A stretch of 64,000 nt of DNA, from the NCBI GenBank assembly GCA_973895155.1, contig OZ316894.1, positions 24,612,709 to 24,676,708 of the forward strand, given 5' to 3'. Both the position numbers and the translations under genes were made by a program. Numbering within the stretch: the stretch's first letter is position 1; each line of letters opens with the position of its first letter. This document shows positions 62,500 through 64,000 of this stretch, one piece after another. The notes below the pieces were generated by a model, which was not told the DNA's origin, did no database searches, and saw nothing but the letters and a program-made list of their open reading frames with translations. Source of the DNA: Marsupella aquatica (lineage: Eukaryota; Plantae; Marchantiophyta).

Positions 62500-62817
62500 C
62501 TCTTTAGGTTTCACTACTTCTGCTTGCCTGTCGATTACTGAGCACTTACTATCTGAAATCACTTGGCCATTGAAGCATAAAATCAATCAATAAATTAATC
62601 AATCAGTCAATCAATCAAGTCAATTCCTCGCCACAAGACCAGCGAGCTAACCTTTTGCTCTTTAGGTTTCACTACTTCTGCTTGCCTGTCGATTACTGAG
62701 CACTTACTATCTGAAATCACTTGGCCATTGAAGCATAAAATCAATCAATAAATTAATCAATCAGTCAATCAATCAAGTCAATTCCTCGCCACAAGACCAG
62801 CGAGCTAACCTTTTGCT
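62500..62817. repeat. Perfect 158-bp tandem duplication upstream of ABC1K11
   Basis: CTCTTTAGGTTTCACTACTTC...GCTAACCTTTTG at 62500 and 62658. Confidence 0.92.
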
Positions 62818-64000
62818 TCGAGAATTCCTCCACTACGATCCTTCCCAATCAGCCCTTCCAAATTGTTCCTCCTTTTCCACAATTGCCACTAATCTTCGAA
62901 ATCCGATCTTCTTCAGAGTCCTCTCCTCCTGCTACTCCTGCTGCTTGCATAGATTCCTCGCTTCCTTGAGTGCACCGCACCCTTCCTTCCTTTTGTCCCT
63001 CCCTCACCACACAATTATTAGCTAGCCTAGCAGACAGACCCACAATTTCCTCAACTAAGTCTCTTTCCAAGCCAAGTTTCGCCTGGTCCGATATTTCGAC
63101 GAGAACGAGTAGCGAGAGCGGCAATGAGGTGGGTCCGACTCCTCCTCCTCCTCCTCCGCAATACAATTAACTTCCTTACCGGAGAGCCGGCCACCACTAC
63201 TCTACCGCCTATACTACTCCATCGGTCGACCACCTTCCTCCTCACCGTCGTACAATTCTCGCCCCTTGTGCTCAGCCACCGTTAATCTTCACAGTAAAGT
63301 AAGTCCACTGCAGTCCCGCCAACGAAATCGGCCAAAACCACTCGCTGCTGCTGATGGCTCGTCGTTCGAAGAATGTTCGGGCAATGATGGAAGGAGGAAG
63401 ACAGAAAAAAATCCACTGAGAGGGGAAGATTCCACCAAAGTTTTATAAACCAGGAAAAAAACAAAGTACAATGAAAGGAAAGAAAAAGTGGTCCAACGAA
63501 AAAGAGGTCCACTGAGAAAGAGTAAAAAAAAAGTCCAGAGAGGAGCACGAGAAGAACCAAAGTCAAGAATCGAAAATCATGAATCAATTGGTCTGCGCCA
63601 CAGCCATGAAGGTACGATGATCAATCGGCCAAAATAAGCGGCATTGCGAGGTTCTCCAAATTGACGCCCAACCGGGAGAAAACTTGGACAGCAAGGGAGA
63701 GAGATGGAGAGAGAGAGAGAAAGCGAAAGAGGGCGGAATGTTCGACTGGACTGATTGACTGATGCCCCACCAGAGTGAATCCATTTCCTGGAGTGGGGAT
63801 GGGTGAGCGGTGGAGAGGCCAGCGGACATAGCTTTTGCTTTAGAATCTGAATTGTCGTGACAAGAAGATCCTGGAATCCACGAAAAGTCTGATGTGGGAC
63901 TTTGACCACGATTCATGTATGATAGCTTCAGGTGCAAGAGGAGGTACATTGGCCCCGCATCTACCTTTCACTAACCACGATTCATCTATGATAGCTTCAG

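Overview
Eukaryotic genomic DNA from a land plant: GT-AG introns, TTTAGGG repeats and plant-type LTR elements. The gene and TE style suggests a non-seed plant such as a bryophyte, but that is inference. Host genes: a 5-exon MDR/enoyl-reductase-like oxidoreductase (1036-3259 +), an 8-exon MCT-1/Tma20 PUA gene (8107-10370 +), a decayed AP2/ERF gene (16399-17159 -), an intronless fungal-type MFS transporter (21751-23370 -) and an 18-exon ABC1 kinase-beta-lactamase fusion (53181-62000 -). The centre holds a 17.4-kb nested structure. A Ty1/Copia element (29820-47200, TSD GATTC) contains a Ty3/Gypsy element (32725-41168) and a captured gene fragment with a ParB/Srx-like motif (41340-43371). Most notable: (1) an RPA70-C-like OB-fold/zinc-ribbon ORF inside the Gypsy LTR, upstream of its putative TATA box; (2) a 332-bp TRIM whose LTRs each contain a tRNA-like Pol III module (51282-51613); (3) the probable fungus-derived MFS gene. 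All domain calls are by-eye motif recognition; no database searches were run.
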